This document shows positions 47,620 through 56,214 of a stretch of 64,000 nucleotides of DNA, piece after piece (the first letter of the stretch is position 1; each line of letters begins with the position of its first letter). Source of the stretch: Polaromonas sp. (GTDB taxonomy: Bacteria; Pseudomonadota; Gammaproteobacteria; Burkholderiales; Burkholderiaceae_C). Under the pieces are notes generated by a model that was not told the DNA's origin, did not search any database, and saw only the letters and a list, made by a program, of their open reading frames with translations. The position numbers and the translations under genes were made by a program. Location of the stretch: positions 46,254 through 110,253 of the forward strand of contig JANPIK010000015.1 in assembly GCA_031424935.1 (NCBI GenBank), written 5' to 3'.

Positions 47620-48066
47620 ATGAAAACCGTACTCGTTTTAAACGGCCCCAATCTTAATTTGCTAGGCATGCGGGAACCGGCTGTTTACGGCTCGAAAACA
47701 CTGGCAGATGTCGAAGCGCTCTGTACGTTGGAGGCCGCCAAGCATGGGTTTGAACTCGACTTTCAGCAAAGCAATCACGAAGGCGCGCTGGTAGACGCCA
47801 TCCATCAAGCCGGGCGCGCTCAAGCTGCGGGTACCTTGATGGGTGTGGTGTTTAACGCGGGCGCTTACACCCACACCAGCATCGCGCTTCATGACGCCAT
47901 CAAAGGCGCGGGAGTCACGGTGATTGAGCTTCACATCAGCAATGTGCATGCGCGCGAGGCGTTTAGGCATCACTCCTACTTGTCTCCGGTAGCCAAGGGC
48001 GTGATCGCTGGTTTTGGCGTGGCGGGTTACGCGTTGGCGATTGCTGCCTTAGCCAGCATGGTTTGA
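47620..48066 (+). CDS. aroQ: type II 3-dehydroquinate dehydratase
   Basis: [40 protein letters not shown] and [17 protein letters not shown]. Confidence 0.96.
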   Translation: MKTVLVLNGPNLNLLGMREPAVYGSKTLADVEALCTLEAAKHGFELDFQQSNHEGALVDAIHQAGRAQAAGTLMGVVFNAGAYTHTSIALHDAIKGAGVTVIELHISNVHAREAFRHHSYLSPVAKGVIAGFGVAGYALAIAALASMV

Positions 48067-48081
48067 TGCGGCGTTTCTAGG

Positions 48082-48501
48082 ATGGCCACAGCGCCTAAAT
48101 ATCCGGTGGACGAGCGCGAGGTTGATATGACGGCCATCCGTGCGCAAGGGGCGGGCGGGCAAAACGTTAACAAGGTTTCGAGCGCGATTCATCTGAGGTT
48201 TGACATTTCTGCGTCGTCGCTGCCGGGTGATCTGAAACAGCGGCTTTTTGCATTAAATGACAGCCGCATCACCGAGGCAGGTGTGTTGGTCTTGAAAGCC
48301 CAGCAGCACCGAACCCAAGAGATGAACCGCAGCGACGCCTTGGCCAGATTGCAAGAAATCATTGACAGTGTGACGACACCCGCTAAAAACCGCCGCGCCA
48401 CCAAGCCAACATTTGCGTCGAAACAGCGACGACTTCAGGGGAAAAGCTTGCGGGCGGGTATCAAAGCCGGGCGCGGCAAAAGCAGTGCTGCAGATGATTA
48501 A
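48082..48501 (+). CDS. arfB: alternative ribosome-rescue factor ArfB (peptidyl-tRNA hydrolase, GGQ)
   Basis: IRAQGAGGQNVNKVSSAIHLRFDI plus a basic C-terminal tail (KQRRLQGKSLRAGIKAGRGK). Confidence 0.9.
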   Translation: MATAPKYPVDEREVDMTAIRAQGAGGQNVNKVSSAIHLRFDISASSLPGDLKQRLFALNDSRITEAGVLVLKAQQHRTQEMNRSDALARLQEIIDSVTTPAKNRRATKPTFASKQRRLQGKSLRAGIKAGRGKSSAADD

Positions 48502-48510
48502 CGCAAGACA

Positions 48511-48531
48511 CATCAAACATCAAACATCAAA
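48511..48531. repeat. perfect tandem heptamer (catcaaa)x3
   Basis: catcaaacatcaaacatcaaa lies immediately upstream of the VapB-like ORF. Confidence 0.8.
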
Positions 48532-48544
48532 GATAGGTCAGGCC

Positions 48545-48760
48545 ATGCGCACCACTTTAGATATTTCTGACGACGTTTTATTTGCTGCCATACAAATAGC
48601 TTGGCATGACGGTAAGACGCTAGGTCAAGTCATCAGTGACCTGGCGCGGCAGGCTTTTGCACGCAGAGCTGATGCGTCAATGCAGGCAAATATGGTTTCG
48701 GAGCACACGAGGTTGACAAGCAAATGCTATTTAATAAATAGCACGCCATGTATATTTTAA
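48545..48760 (+). CDS. VapB-type (MRTTL..., DUF2191-like) antitoxin, orphan and probably C-terminally degraded
   Basis: MRTTLDISDDVLFAAIQIAWHDGKTLGQVISDLARQAFARR is the classic N-terminus of this antitoxin family. The C-terminal 25 aa run into REP-like copy G. There is no downstream PIN toxin gene. Confidence 0.5.
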   Translation: MRTTLDISDDVLFAAIQIAWHDGKTLGQVISDLARQAFARRADASMQANMVSEHTRLTSKCYLINSTPCIF

Positions 48761-48780
48761 AAGGGCAAGGGCCTATTTTT
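48724..48780 (+). repeat. REP-like dispersed repeat, copy G
   Basis: atgctatttaataaatagcacgccatgtatattttaaaagggcaagggcctattttt. Confidence 0.5.
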
Positions 48781-49584
48781 GCTCTGGAAATGACTGGGCG
48801 ACTGCCCCATTGCCGCCTTAAACATGGCCGAAAACGCGCTGTCGCTGGCGTAGCCGGTAGCTAAGGCGACCGTGCTGATCGGCTGGCCACGTGCCAGCAA
48901 GGGCAGAGCGTGCGCCAGTACAACCTGCTGGCGCCATTGTTGGTAGCTCAGCCCCAGTTCATGCCTGAACAGGCGGGCGGCGGTGCGCTCGCTGGCACCC
49001 ACGCTAAATGCACAGTCGGTCAGGTTTGTGCGCTCACCAGGTGCACGCATCACGGCCTCGCAAAGCGCTCGTAAACGTTTATCGCCCGTTTGCGGATGAG
49101 GCAAGGGTATTCCTATGGCCTGCGTGTCAGCATGCGTAATTTCATCGAGCGCCAAACTGATCAGCAATTGCTCTCTTACAGGATTCGCGCGGTGGTCCAG
49201 CGCGCGAATCGTCTCGCGCAGAAGGTTTGACACAACAATGACGCGGCAACTGTTCCAACCTTCCGGAATTGCCGCTGCATCAATATACAAAGTCCGAAAT
49301 TCTGCCGCCTCTAGCACCGTGATGTGGTGTACAGCGTGCGGGGCAATCCAGACCGCACGTGACGGCGGCACGATGTAGGTGACCAAACTTTTGCTGGCTT
49401 CCTCAGCAGTGACCTGCACGATACCGGTAGCGCAATAGGCAAGCTGTGCCCACGGGTGGGCGTGTGGCTCAAAGTGCGTGTCGGCGGGCATGCTGCGGGC
49501 GCGCACGCGCACCGGGCGCTGGCGGTTGGGCATGTAGCTGTCAACATCGCCAAGCGGGGTGGGTTTGAGAGATTTACTGCCCAT
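48757..49584 (-). CDS. AraC family transcriptional regulator with N-terminal cupin domain
   Basis: Cupin (HAHPWAQLAYCATG) plus a double HTH C-terminus (LAHALPLLARGQPISTVALATGYASDSAFSAMFKAAMGQSP). Confidence 0.88.
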   Translation of the reverse strand: MGSKSLKPTPLGDVDSYMPNRQRPVRVRARSMPADTHFEPHAHPWAQLAYCATGIVQVTAEEASKSLVTYIVPPSRAVWIAPHAVHHITVLEAAEFRTLYIDAAAIPEGWNSCRVIVVSNLLRETIRALDHRANPVREQLLISLALDEITHADTQAIGIPLPHPQTGDKRLRALCEAVMRAPGERTNLTDCAFSVGASERTAARLFRHELGLSYQQWRQQVVLAHALPLLARGQPISTVALATGYASDSAFSAMFKAAMGQSPSHFQSKNRPLPF

Positions 49585-49676
49585 GACATTTTCGGTGGTA
49601 AAGGTTTGTCTGAAATTCGCTAATGATTGGCTATTCGTCGCATTTCAACATCGCAGGGTAACACTACGATTGCAAG

Positions 49677-50912
49677 ATGAACACTACCAGCACATTGAAT
49701 TCACCAGTAGCCAGCGTACCGTTTAAGCAAGACGCCAGCGTCATTAGCCTGGTTGGCATAGCGCACCTGGTCAGTCACTTCAGCCAGCTGCTGTTGGCAC
49801 CGTTGTTTCCCTGGCTTAAGACCGAATTTAGTGTCAGCTATGCGCAGCTTGGGTTTCTGATGACCGTATTTTTTGTGGTGTCTTGCGGCGTGCAAGCAGC
49901 ATCTGGCTTTGTGGTCGACAAATTTGGCCCGCGCCCGGTGCTGTTTGCCGGGCTAGCCCTGATAGGTTTGGCTGCTTTGGGTTATGCAGTGAGCACCAGT
50001 TACTGGATGCTGGCCGTCGCAGCTGTGGTGGGCGGCGCTGGCAACGGCGTGTTTCATCCAGTCGACTACACGCTGCTGAACCGTAAAGTCAGTGCGCCGC
50101 GTTTGGGTCATGCCTACAGTGTACATGGCATCACCGGCAGCTTGGGCTGGGCGCTGGCACCCGCCATGCTTGTGCCATTGGCGCTGGCTTTTTCATGGCG
50201 CGCTGCGTTGGTGGCCGCTGGCCTATTGGCGTTCGCAGTGTTGGCAGTGCAGGTGTTAAATCGCGAGAAGTTGACATTGCCTGTGGCGCTTTCTGGTCGC
50301 GTTGCCGCTGGTAATGACAGTAACTTCGGGTTCTTAAAAATCCCAGCGGTGTGGATGTGCTTTGCATTCTTTTTTTGGTATGCCGCAGTGCTTAGCGTGA
50401 TTCAGACTTTTGCGCCAACCGCCGCGCAGCGCCTGCACGACGTGCCGTTGCCCTGGGTTGCCATGTGTTTAACGATCTACATGCTGGGCAGTGCAGGCGG
50501 CATGGTGTTGGGCGGTTTTTTGGCGGCAGATGCCAAGCGCTGCGAACGTGTGGTGGGCCTGGGTTTCAGCATTGCAGCGGCTTTAGCCCTGATGCTTGCG
50601 ATGGGACATTTGGCGGCATGGACCGTTCCGGTAATATTTGGTTTGATGGGTTTTGCGTCCGGCATGGCAGGGCCCTCGCGGGATTTACTGGTTAAGCGCT
50701 CAACACCAGACAACGCATCTGGCCGCGTGTACGGTGTGGTGTACGCCGGGCTAGACATTGGTCAGGCTGCGGCCCCGCTTTTGTTCGGCGTATTAATGGA
50801 CAACGGCCAATACCGCAGCGTCCTGCTAGGGCTAGTGTTGCTGCAAGCGGTCTTGGTAGCCAGCGCTTTCAATGTGCGCCGTGTACGGCGGACGCCACTG
50901 GTTGCCCTTTGA
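49677..50912 (+). CDS. MFS transporter
   Basis: 12 TM pattern, GFVVDKFGPRPVL (MFS motif A-like). 411 aa. Divergent from the araC-type gene. Confidence 0.85.
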   Translation: MNTTSTLNSPVASVPFKQDASVISLVGIAHLVSHFSQLLLAPLFPWLKTEFSVSYAQLGFLMTVFFVVSCGVQAASGFVVDKFGPRPVLFAGLALIGLAALGYAVSTSYWMLAVAAVVGGAGNGVFHPVDYTLLNRKVSAPRLGHAYSVHGITGSLGWALAPAMLVPLALAFSWRAALVAAGLLAFAVLAVQVLNREKLTLPVALSGRVAAGNDSNFGFLKIPAVWMCFAFFFWYAAVLSVIQTFAPTAAQRLHDVPLPWVAMCLTIYMLGSAGGMVLGGFLAADAKRCERVVGLGFSIAAALALMLAMGHLAAWTVPVIFGLMGFASGMAGPSRDLLVKRSTPDNASGRVYGVVYAGLDIGQAAAPLLFGVLMDNGQYRSVLLGLVLLQAVLVASAFNVRRVRRTPLVAL

Positions 50913-50951
50913 CCGCCGATGGCCAAGCAGCGCGGCGCGACATAATTGCGC

Positions 50952-52647
50952 ATGACATCACAACTTGCCGGCCACCTCCTTGTTGAGTGCCTGATTGCTC
51001 AAGGCGTTACCCACGCGTTTGGCGTGCCAGGCGAAAGTTACTTAGCCGTACTTGACGGCCTGTACGCCAAGCGCGCCTCGATCCAGTTCGTCACGTGCCG
51101 ACAAGAAGGCGGCGCTGCTTACATGGCCGAAGCGCACGGCAAGCTGACGGGCAGGCCTGGCGTTTGTATGGTCACACGCGGCCCCGGTGCCACAAATGCC
51201 TCTATAGGCGTTCACACTGCGTTCCAAGACTCAACCCCTATGTTGCTGCTGGTAGGCGATGTTGCCAGCGACTGCCGTGACCGCGAAGCGTTCCAGGAGG
51301 TCGATTACCAAAGCTTTTTTGGGCCCAGTACCAAAGGCTTTGCCAAGCGCGTTGAGCGCATTGACGATGCCGACCGCATTCCAGAATATGTGGCACGAGC
51401 CTTTGCCACCGCCATGAACGGCAGGCCTGGCCCGGTGGTACTGGTACTGCCTGAAGACATGCTGACCCGTATGACCAGTGCGCAGCCGCTGGCAAGGGTC
51501 GAACCCGTCCAAGCTTGGAGCGACCCCGGCGCATTGCGCACGTTGCGTGAGATGCTATTAAAGTCGGAGCAGCCCTTCGTTATCGCAGGCGGGGGGGGGC
51601 TGGACGCCGCAGGCCGCTCAAGCTCTGCAACGCTTTGCTGAAAATTGGCGCTTGCCGGTCGGCAATGCTTTCAGGTTTCAGGACACGTTTGACAACCACC
51701 ACGCGTTGTACGCGGGGGACGTGGGTATTGGCTTGAACCCAAAACTGGCCGCACGCATCAAGGCTGCTGACCTGATCATCGCCATCGGCCCACGACTTGG
51801 CGAGATGACAACCAACAACTACACCCTGCTTGAAGTACCCAAGCCAAAGCAAAAACTGGTACATATCCACAGCAGTGCTGAAGAACTGAACCGCGTTTAT
51901 CAAGCCGACCTGGCAATGAATGCCACCATGAATGCCGCTGCACGCTCGCTTGAGGTATTGACCGCCCCCATCAGCGTACCCTGGGAGCAATGGGCGCTTG
52001 ACGCCAACGCTGACTATCTGGGCAACCTTCAACCCCACAAGTTACCGGGCGACGTTGACATGCCCGCCATCATTGACGTTCTGCAAAAACACCTGCCGCC
52101 CGACGCTGTACTAACAAATGGTGCAGGTAACTTTGCCAGCTGGACACATCGGTTTTACAAGCACCACGGATTGGCCAAAGGGCATAAAACACAACTCGCC
52201 CCGACGGTTGGTGCGATGGGTTACGGCGTGCCCGCAGGCATTGCCGCAGCCATTACTACCGGGCGTGTGGTGCTAACAATGGCGGGTGACGGTGATTTTT
52301 TAATGAACGGCCAGGAGCTGGCCACAGCCGTGCAGATTGGCGCCAAAACCATCATTGTGCTGCTCAACAACGGCATGTACGGCACCATTCGCATGCACCA
52401 AGAACGCGAATACCCCAACCACTCAAGTGGCTCGCGTTTGCAAAACCCTGACTTTGCGTTACTGGCTCGTGCTTACGGCTACGCAGGTGTGCGAATTACC
52501 CGAACGGCAGAGTTTGAGGGAGAGCTTCTGGCGGCATTGGCACGGGTTGAAGGTACGTTGATAGAAGTCATGTTGGACGCCGAAGTGATCACCACGCGAA
52601 CAACCTTATCGGCCATTACAGCGCAAGCAATGTCTCTTAATGGCTAA
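50952..52647 (+). pseudogene. thiamine diphosphate-dependent enzyme (acetolactate synthase large-subunit-like), split by a +1 frameshift in a G9 run
   Basis: ORF 50946-51641 carries the Pyr domain (GVPGESYLAVLDG, TRGPGATNA). ORF 51652-52647 carries the middle and PP domains (GAMGYGVPAGIAAA, GDGDFLMNGQELATA, NNGMYGTIRMHQ). Reading frame 2 from 51601 gives WTPQAAQALQRFAENWRLPVGNAF, which joins the two ORFs. Confidence 0.85.
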
Positions 52648-52703
52648 TCATGCGCGACTCGAACGGAACAGTCGAATAACCGCAGTTAGGGTAAAGATTT
52701 TTA

Positions 52704-53663
52704 ATGATTGATGTTGTTGTCCTGTTTTTTTTACTTGGCCTTTTGGCGCGGCTGGTAAAAAGTGATTTGGCCTTGCCAGGCGTTTTGTACGAGACGCTCT
52801 CCATTTACCTCCTGCTTGCGATTGGACTCAAGGGGGGCGTAGAACTGTCCAAGCAAACGCTGGGAGCGGTTGCTCCGCAAATAGCGTTTTGCCTTGTTTT
52901 AGGGTTATGCATACCTCTGCTGATTTATCCCGTACTCAGGCGCCTGGTCGGACTTAATGGGTTTGACGCCGCTTCGGTGGCGGCGCATTACGGCTCGGTG
53001 AGTGTGGTGACATTTGCTGTTGCCAGTGCTTACCTGACTCACAGAAATATCCAGTTTGAAGCCCATGCCGCGTTGTGGGTTGCCTTGCTGGAGGCCCCTG
53101 GAATCGTAGCGGGTATCGCCTTGGCGCGTTGGGCAGAAAAGCAGCAAGGCGGCTCAGCTGGCGCCAAAGCGGTATTTTCATGGCGAGCATTGGCACACGA
53201 CGTGTTTTTGGGTAAGTCAGTTTTTCTGCTGGTCGGTGGGTTGCTGATTGGCGTTTCGATGGGCGAATCTGGTACGGCGCCGATTGCACCACTTTTTACG
53301 CTGTTATTCAAAGGCGTGTTGGCCCTGTTTTTACTTGAGCTTGGGCTGGTTGCAGGCGGCAGGCTAGGTGAGCTGAAGCGTTACGGCTTTAAATTGATAG
53401 CATTCGCCTTGCTTGCGCCCATGGGTCTTGCAGTATTGGGCGCCCTAGGCGGCAAGGCGCTGGGCTTGAGTACAGGCGGCATTGCCATCATGGCAGCGCT
53501 GGCTGCCAGTGCCAGCTATATTGCTGCGCCCACCGCAATGCGCATCGCCGTGCCGCAGGCCAATGCAGCCTTGTCTATTACTGCGGCTTTAGGTGTGACT
53601 TTTCCGTTCAACGTGCTGTTTGGCATACCGCTTTACTTGAAACTTGCGCAATACATCAGCTAA
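52704..53663 (+). CDS. sbtA: SbtA-like sodium-dependent bicarbonate transporter family permease (DUF897)
   Basis: MIDVVVLFFLLGLLARLVKSDLALPGVLYETLSIYLLLAIGLKGG, about 10 TM helices with an internal repeat. The paired PII-like gene downstream supports the call. Confidence 0.7.
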   Translation: MIDVVVLFFLLGLLARLVKSDLALPGVLYETLSIYLLLAIGLKGGVELSKQTLGAVAPQIAFCLVLGLCIPLLIYPVLRRLVGLNGFDAASVAAHYGSVSVVTFAVASAYLTHRNIQFEAHAALWVALLEAPGIVAGIALARWAEKQQGGSAGAKAVFSWRALAHDVFLGKSVFLLVGGLLIGVSMGESGTAPIAPLFTLLFKGVLALFLLELGLVAGGRLGELKRYGFKLIAFALLAPMGLAVLGALGGKALGLSTGGIAIMAALAASASYIAAPTAMRIAVPQANAALSITAALGVTFPFNVLFGIPLYLKLAQYIS

Positions 53664-53725
53664 TTGATTAGCTGATCATCATCTGATCCACGCTAAATTT
53701 TGGCTACCCTTCAACGCTAAAACCT

Positions 53726-54028
53726 ATGCTTAAACACGATAAAAAATTACTCGTCATCATCGCCGAGGCAGTGCTTGAAAAGTCACTGATCAGCGACGCC
53801 AAACGCTTGGGTGCCCAGGGCTACACCGTGTACGACGTTCGCGGTGGCTCCCAGTACGCCACGCATGAGGGCAGCTGGGACGCGGACCGCATGATTGAGA
53901 TGAAAATTATTTGCGACGCGGCGGTCGCTGATGCATTGGCCAGCCACGTGATAGGCCAATACGCCAGCAATTTTGGCGTGAGCTTGTTTTTCTCGAACAT
54001 CGAGGTAATGCGGCCCCAAAAGTTTTGA
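53726..54028 (+). CDS. sbtB: PII-like signalling protein, SbtB-like
   Basis: KLLVIIAEAVLEKSLISDAKRLGAQGYTVYDVRGGS...IEMKIICD aligns by eye with cyanobacterial SbtB ([36 protein letters not shown]...IKFEILT). 100 aa. Confidence 0.7.
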   Translation: MLKHDKKLLVIIAEAVLEKSLISDAKRLGAQGYTVYDVRGGSQYATHEGSWDADRMIEMKIICDAAVADALASHVIGQYASNFGVSLFFSNIEVMRPQKF

Positions 54029-54046
54029 TTCTGAAATACCCAGGCA

Positions 54047-54075
54047 TAAAAAAAGCCGGCTTTCGCCGGCTTTTC
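54047..54075. terminator. bidirectional rho-independent terminator
   Basis: A-run, agccggc-tttc-gccggct stem-loop, T-run. It lies between the convergent sbtB-like and SWIB genes. Confidence 0.8.
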
Positions 54076-54097
54076 AGGTTTACTTAACCCGTGCAAA

Positions 54098-54520
54098 TTA
54101 TTTGACGTGCTTACCGATCAAGCCAGCCATCTCAAACATCGACACTTGGGCTTTACCGAAAACAGCTTTTAACTTGGCATCGGCATTGATCATGCGCTTG
54201 TTGATTTGGTCTTGCAGTTTGTTGGCCTTGATGTAGACCCACAACTTGCTGACAATCTCAGTGCGCGGCAGCGGCTTGTCGCCCAGAACTGCTGCCAGTT
54301 CTTTGCTCAAGGTCAGTGCCTTCATGAACGCGGCGTTTGGCGTCCGCTTTTTTGCCGGTGCCGTTTTAACGGCGGGTTTTACTGCCGCTTTTTTTGCTGG
54401 AGCTGCTTTTTTCGCTGCTGCCTTCTTCGCGGGAGCTGCCGCCTTTGCAGCTACTTTCTTTGCCGGAGCAGCCTTTGTTGCAGGCGCTTTTTTAGCCGGT
54501 GCTTTTTTTGCAGTTGCCAT
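54098..54520 (-). CDS. histone H1-like (AKKA-repeat) / SWIB-MDM2 domain fusion protein
   Basis: N-terminal 60 aa are MATAKKAPAKKAPATKAAPAKKVAAKAAAPAKKAAAKKAAPAKKAAVKPAVKTAPAKK. The C-terminal SWIB fold carries LSKELAAVLGDKPLPRTEIVSKLWVYIKANKLQD...MFEMAGLIGKH. Confidence 0.85.
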   Translation of the reverse strand: MATAKKAPAKKAPATKAAPAKKVAAKAAAPAKKAAAKKAAPAKKAAVKPAVKTAPAKKRTPNAAFMKALTLSKELAAVLGDKPLPRTEIVSKLWVYIKANKLQDQINKRMINADAKLKAVFGKAQVSMFEMAGLIGKHVK

Positions 54521-54735
54521 GATTGATTTTCCTTCTAGAAGTTGACAAATCACCACCAGAGATAACTACTCTCGAGTGACACAGCGGATGCTACTGGAGA
54601 AAGGGTGCTTTTCATAGAGGAAAAGGCTCTTTTCGGCAGTAACTGACACATATTTGCCTTTGAAAATCAAAAAGAAGGCTTCAAAGCAATCCTTGGTGCG
54701 AGAAAATGCTTCACACCCTATTGAAAAGGCAATGT

Positions 54736-55248
54736 ATGCAAATCGAAAACGCTTTTAAATTCAGCACCTGCGACCTCTGCGATGCACATAAAAACGACAC
54801 CTCCGGCAGCTTTAGAGTTCTGGCCCCGGTATTTAAAAACTTTGGCGGGTTGTCTAAATTTTGCGGCCCGGTCGTTGTTATCAAATGCTTTGAAGACAAC
54901 TCACTGGTCAAAACAGTTGTGGACAGCGCGGGTCGGGGCCGCGTGTTGGTGGTGGATGGTGGCGGGTCGCTTCGGCGTGCCTTGATGGGCGGCAATTTAG
55001 GCGCAGCTGCCGCGAAAAACGGCTGGGCGGGTGTGGTGATTGACGGCTGTGTGCGCGACGTGGCTGAGCTCGCACAGTGCCAAACAGGTATCCGAGCATT
55101 GGCTGCGATGCCGCTGCCCACCGAGAAGCGCGGTGAAGGTCAGCGGGGCGTGGCGGTGCAGATTCAGGGGGTATGGGTGCGCCCTGACGATTGGCTCTAC
55201 GCCGATGAAGACGGTATGGTGGTGATGCCCGCGCCTGGCTTAGCCTAG
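54736..55248 (+). CDS. rraA: RraA family protein (RNase E regulator / 4-hydroxy-4-methyl-2-oxoglutarate aldolase fold)
   Basis: STCDLCDA and VLVVDGGGSLRRALMGGNLGAAAAKNGWAGVVIDGCVRD. Confidence 0.88.
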   Translation: MQIENAFKFSTCDLCDAHKNDTSGSFRVLAPVFKNFGGLSKFCGPVVVIKCFEDNSLVKTVVDSAGRGRVLVVDGGGSLRRALMGGNLGAAAAKNGWAGVVIDGCVRDVAELAQCQTGIRALAAMPLPTEKRGEGQRGVAVQIQGVWVRPDDWLYADEDGMVVMPAPGLA

Positions 55249-55277
55249 CCCCAGCGGCTGCACGACAAGCCAGAGAG

Positions 55278-56093
55278 CTAACTGAAAATGCCTTTGTACA
55301 GCATGTAAGCAGCCAGCGCGTACAACATGCAGGCAAAGATCCGCTTCAGATCAGTAATCGGTAGCGAATGTGCAGCTTTTGCGCCTAACGGTGCCATCAA
55401 AAAACTGCAAACCGCGATGACCAGCAATGCGGGCACCCAGATGTAACCAAAGGCGCCGACGGGCAGGTTTTGCACGCTGATGCCGCTGATGATGTAGCCC
55501 GTCACATTCGCGGCAGCGATCGGGAAACCAAGCGCCGCAGAAGTGGCGACAGCGTTGCGAATCGCGACGTTACACCTGGTCATGAAAGGCACGCTGATAA
55601 AGGCGCCTCCCGCACCCACCAGACCAGATAAAAAACCAATAAAACTGCCTGCCGCCAGCAACCCGACCGTGCCGGGCAATTGGTGTGTTGGCTTAGGCTT
55701 CTTATCCAAAAACATTTGGGTGGCCGAAAACCCGACAAACAAGCCGAAAAAGATGGCCAGATACGAGCCCTTGAGCATGGAGAAAACCCCCAAGCTACCG
55801 ATGAAACCGCCAGCGACTATCCCTGGCGCTAGGCGTTTGACAATGTCCCACCGGACTGCACCGCGCTTGTGATGAGCCCAGACGTTAGATAGGGAGGTAA
55901 AAACGATTGTCGCCATTGAGGTTGCAATTGCCATTTTTACGGACAGATCAGATGCAACACCCCGGTTGGACATGATGACGGTGATAAAGGGCACCATCAA
56001 CATCCCCCCGCCTACACCCAACAGCCCTGCCATAAAACCAGATCCAATGCCCAACGCCGCCAGTTCAATGATCAACAAAGGTTCGAGCAGCAT
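55278..56093 (-). CDS. TauE/SafE family sulfite/anion exporter
   Basis: 271 aa and 8 TM helices, with GLLGVGGGMLMVP and LSGLVGAGGAFISVP repeats. Confidence 0.82.
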   Translation of the reverse strand: MLLEPLLIIELAALGIGSGFMAGLLGVGGGMLMVPFITVIMSNRGVASDLSVKMAIATSMATIVFTSLSNVWAHHKRGAVRWDIVKRLAPGIVAGGFIGSLGVFSMLKGSYLAIFFGLFVGFSATQMFLDKKPKPTHQLPGTVGLLAAGSFIGFLSGLVGAGGAFISVPFMTRCNVAIRNAVATSAALGFPIAAANVTGYIISGISVQNLPVGAFGYIWVPALLVIAVCSFLMAPLGAKAAHSLPITDLKRIFACMLYALAAYMLYKGIFS

Positions 56094-56214
56094 GGGTTTA
56101 TGTTTTGATGCGGGTTTACACCCAGAAACTTAAGGGTATTTTTTTAAACGGTGAAGTTAAACTGAAATTGAGTTCTTTTTGAATCATCTTTTAACAACTT
56201 GCAGGAGCTTGTGT

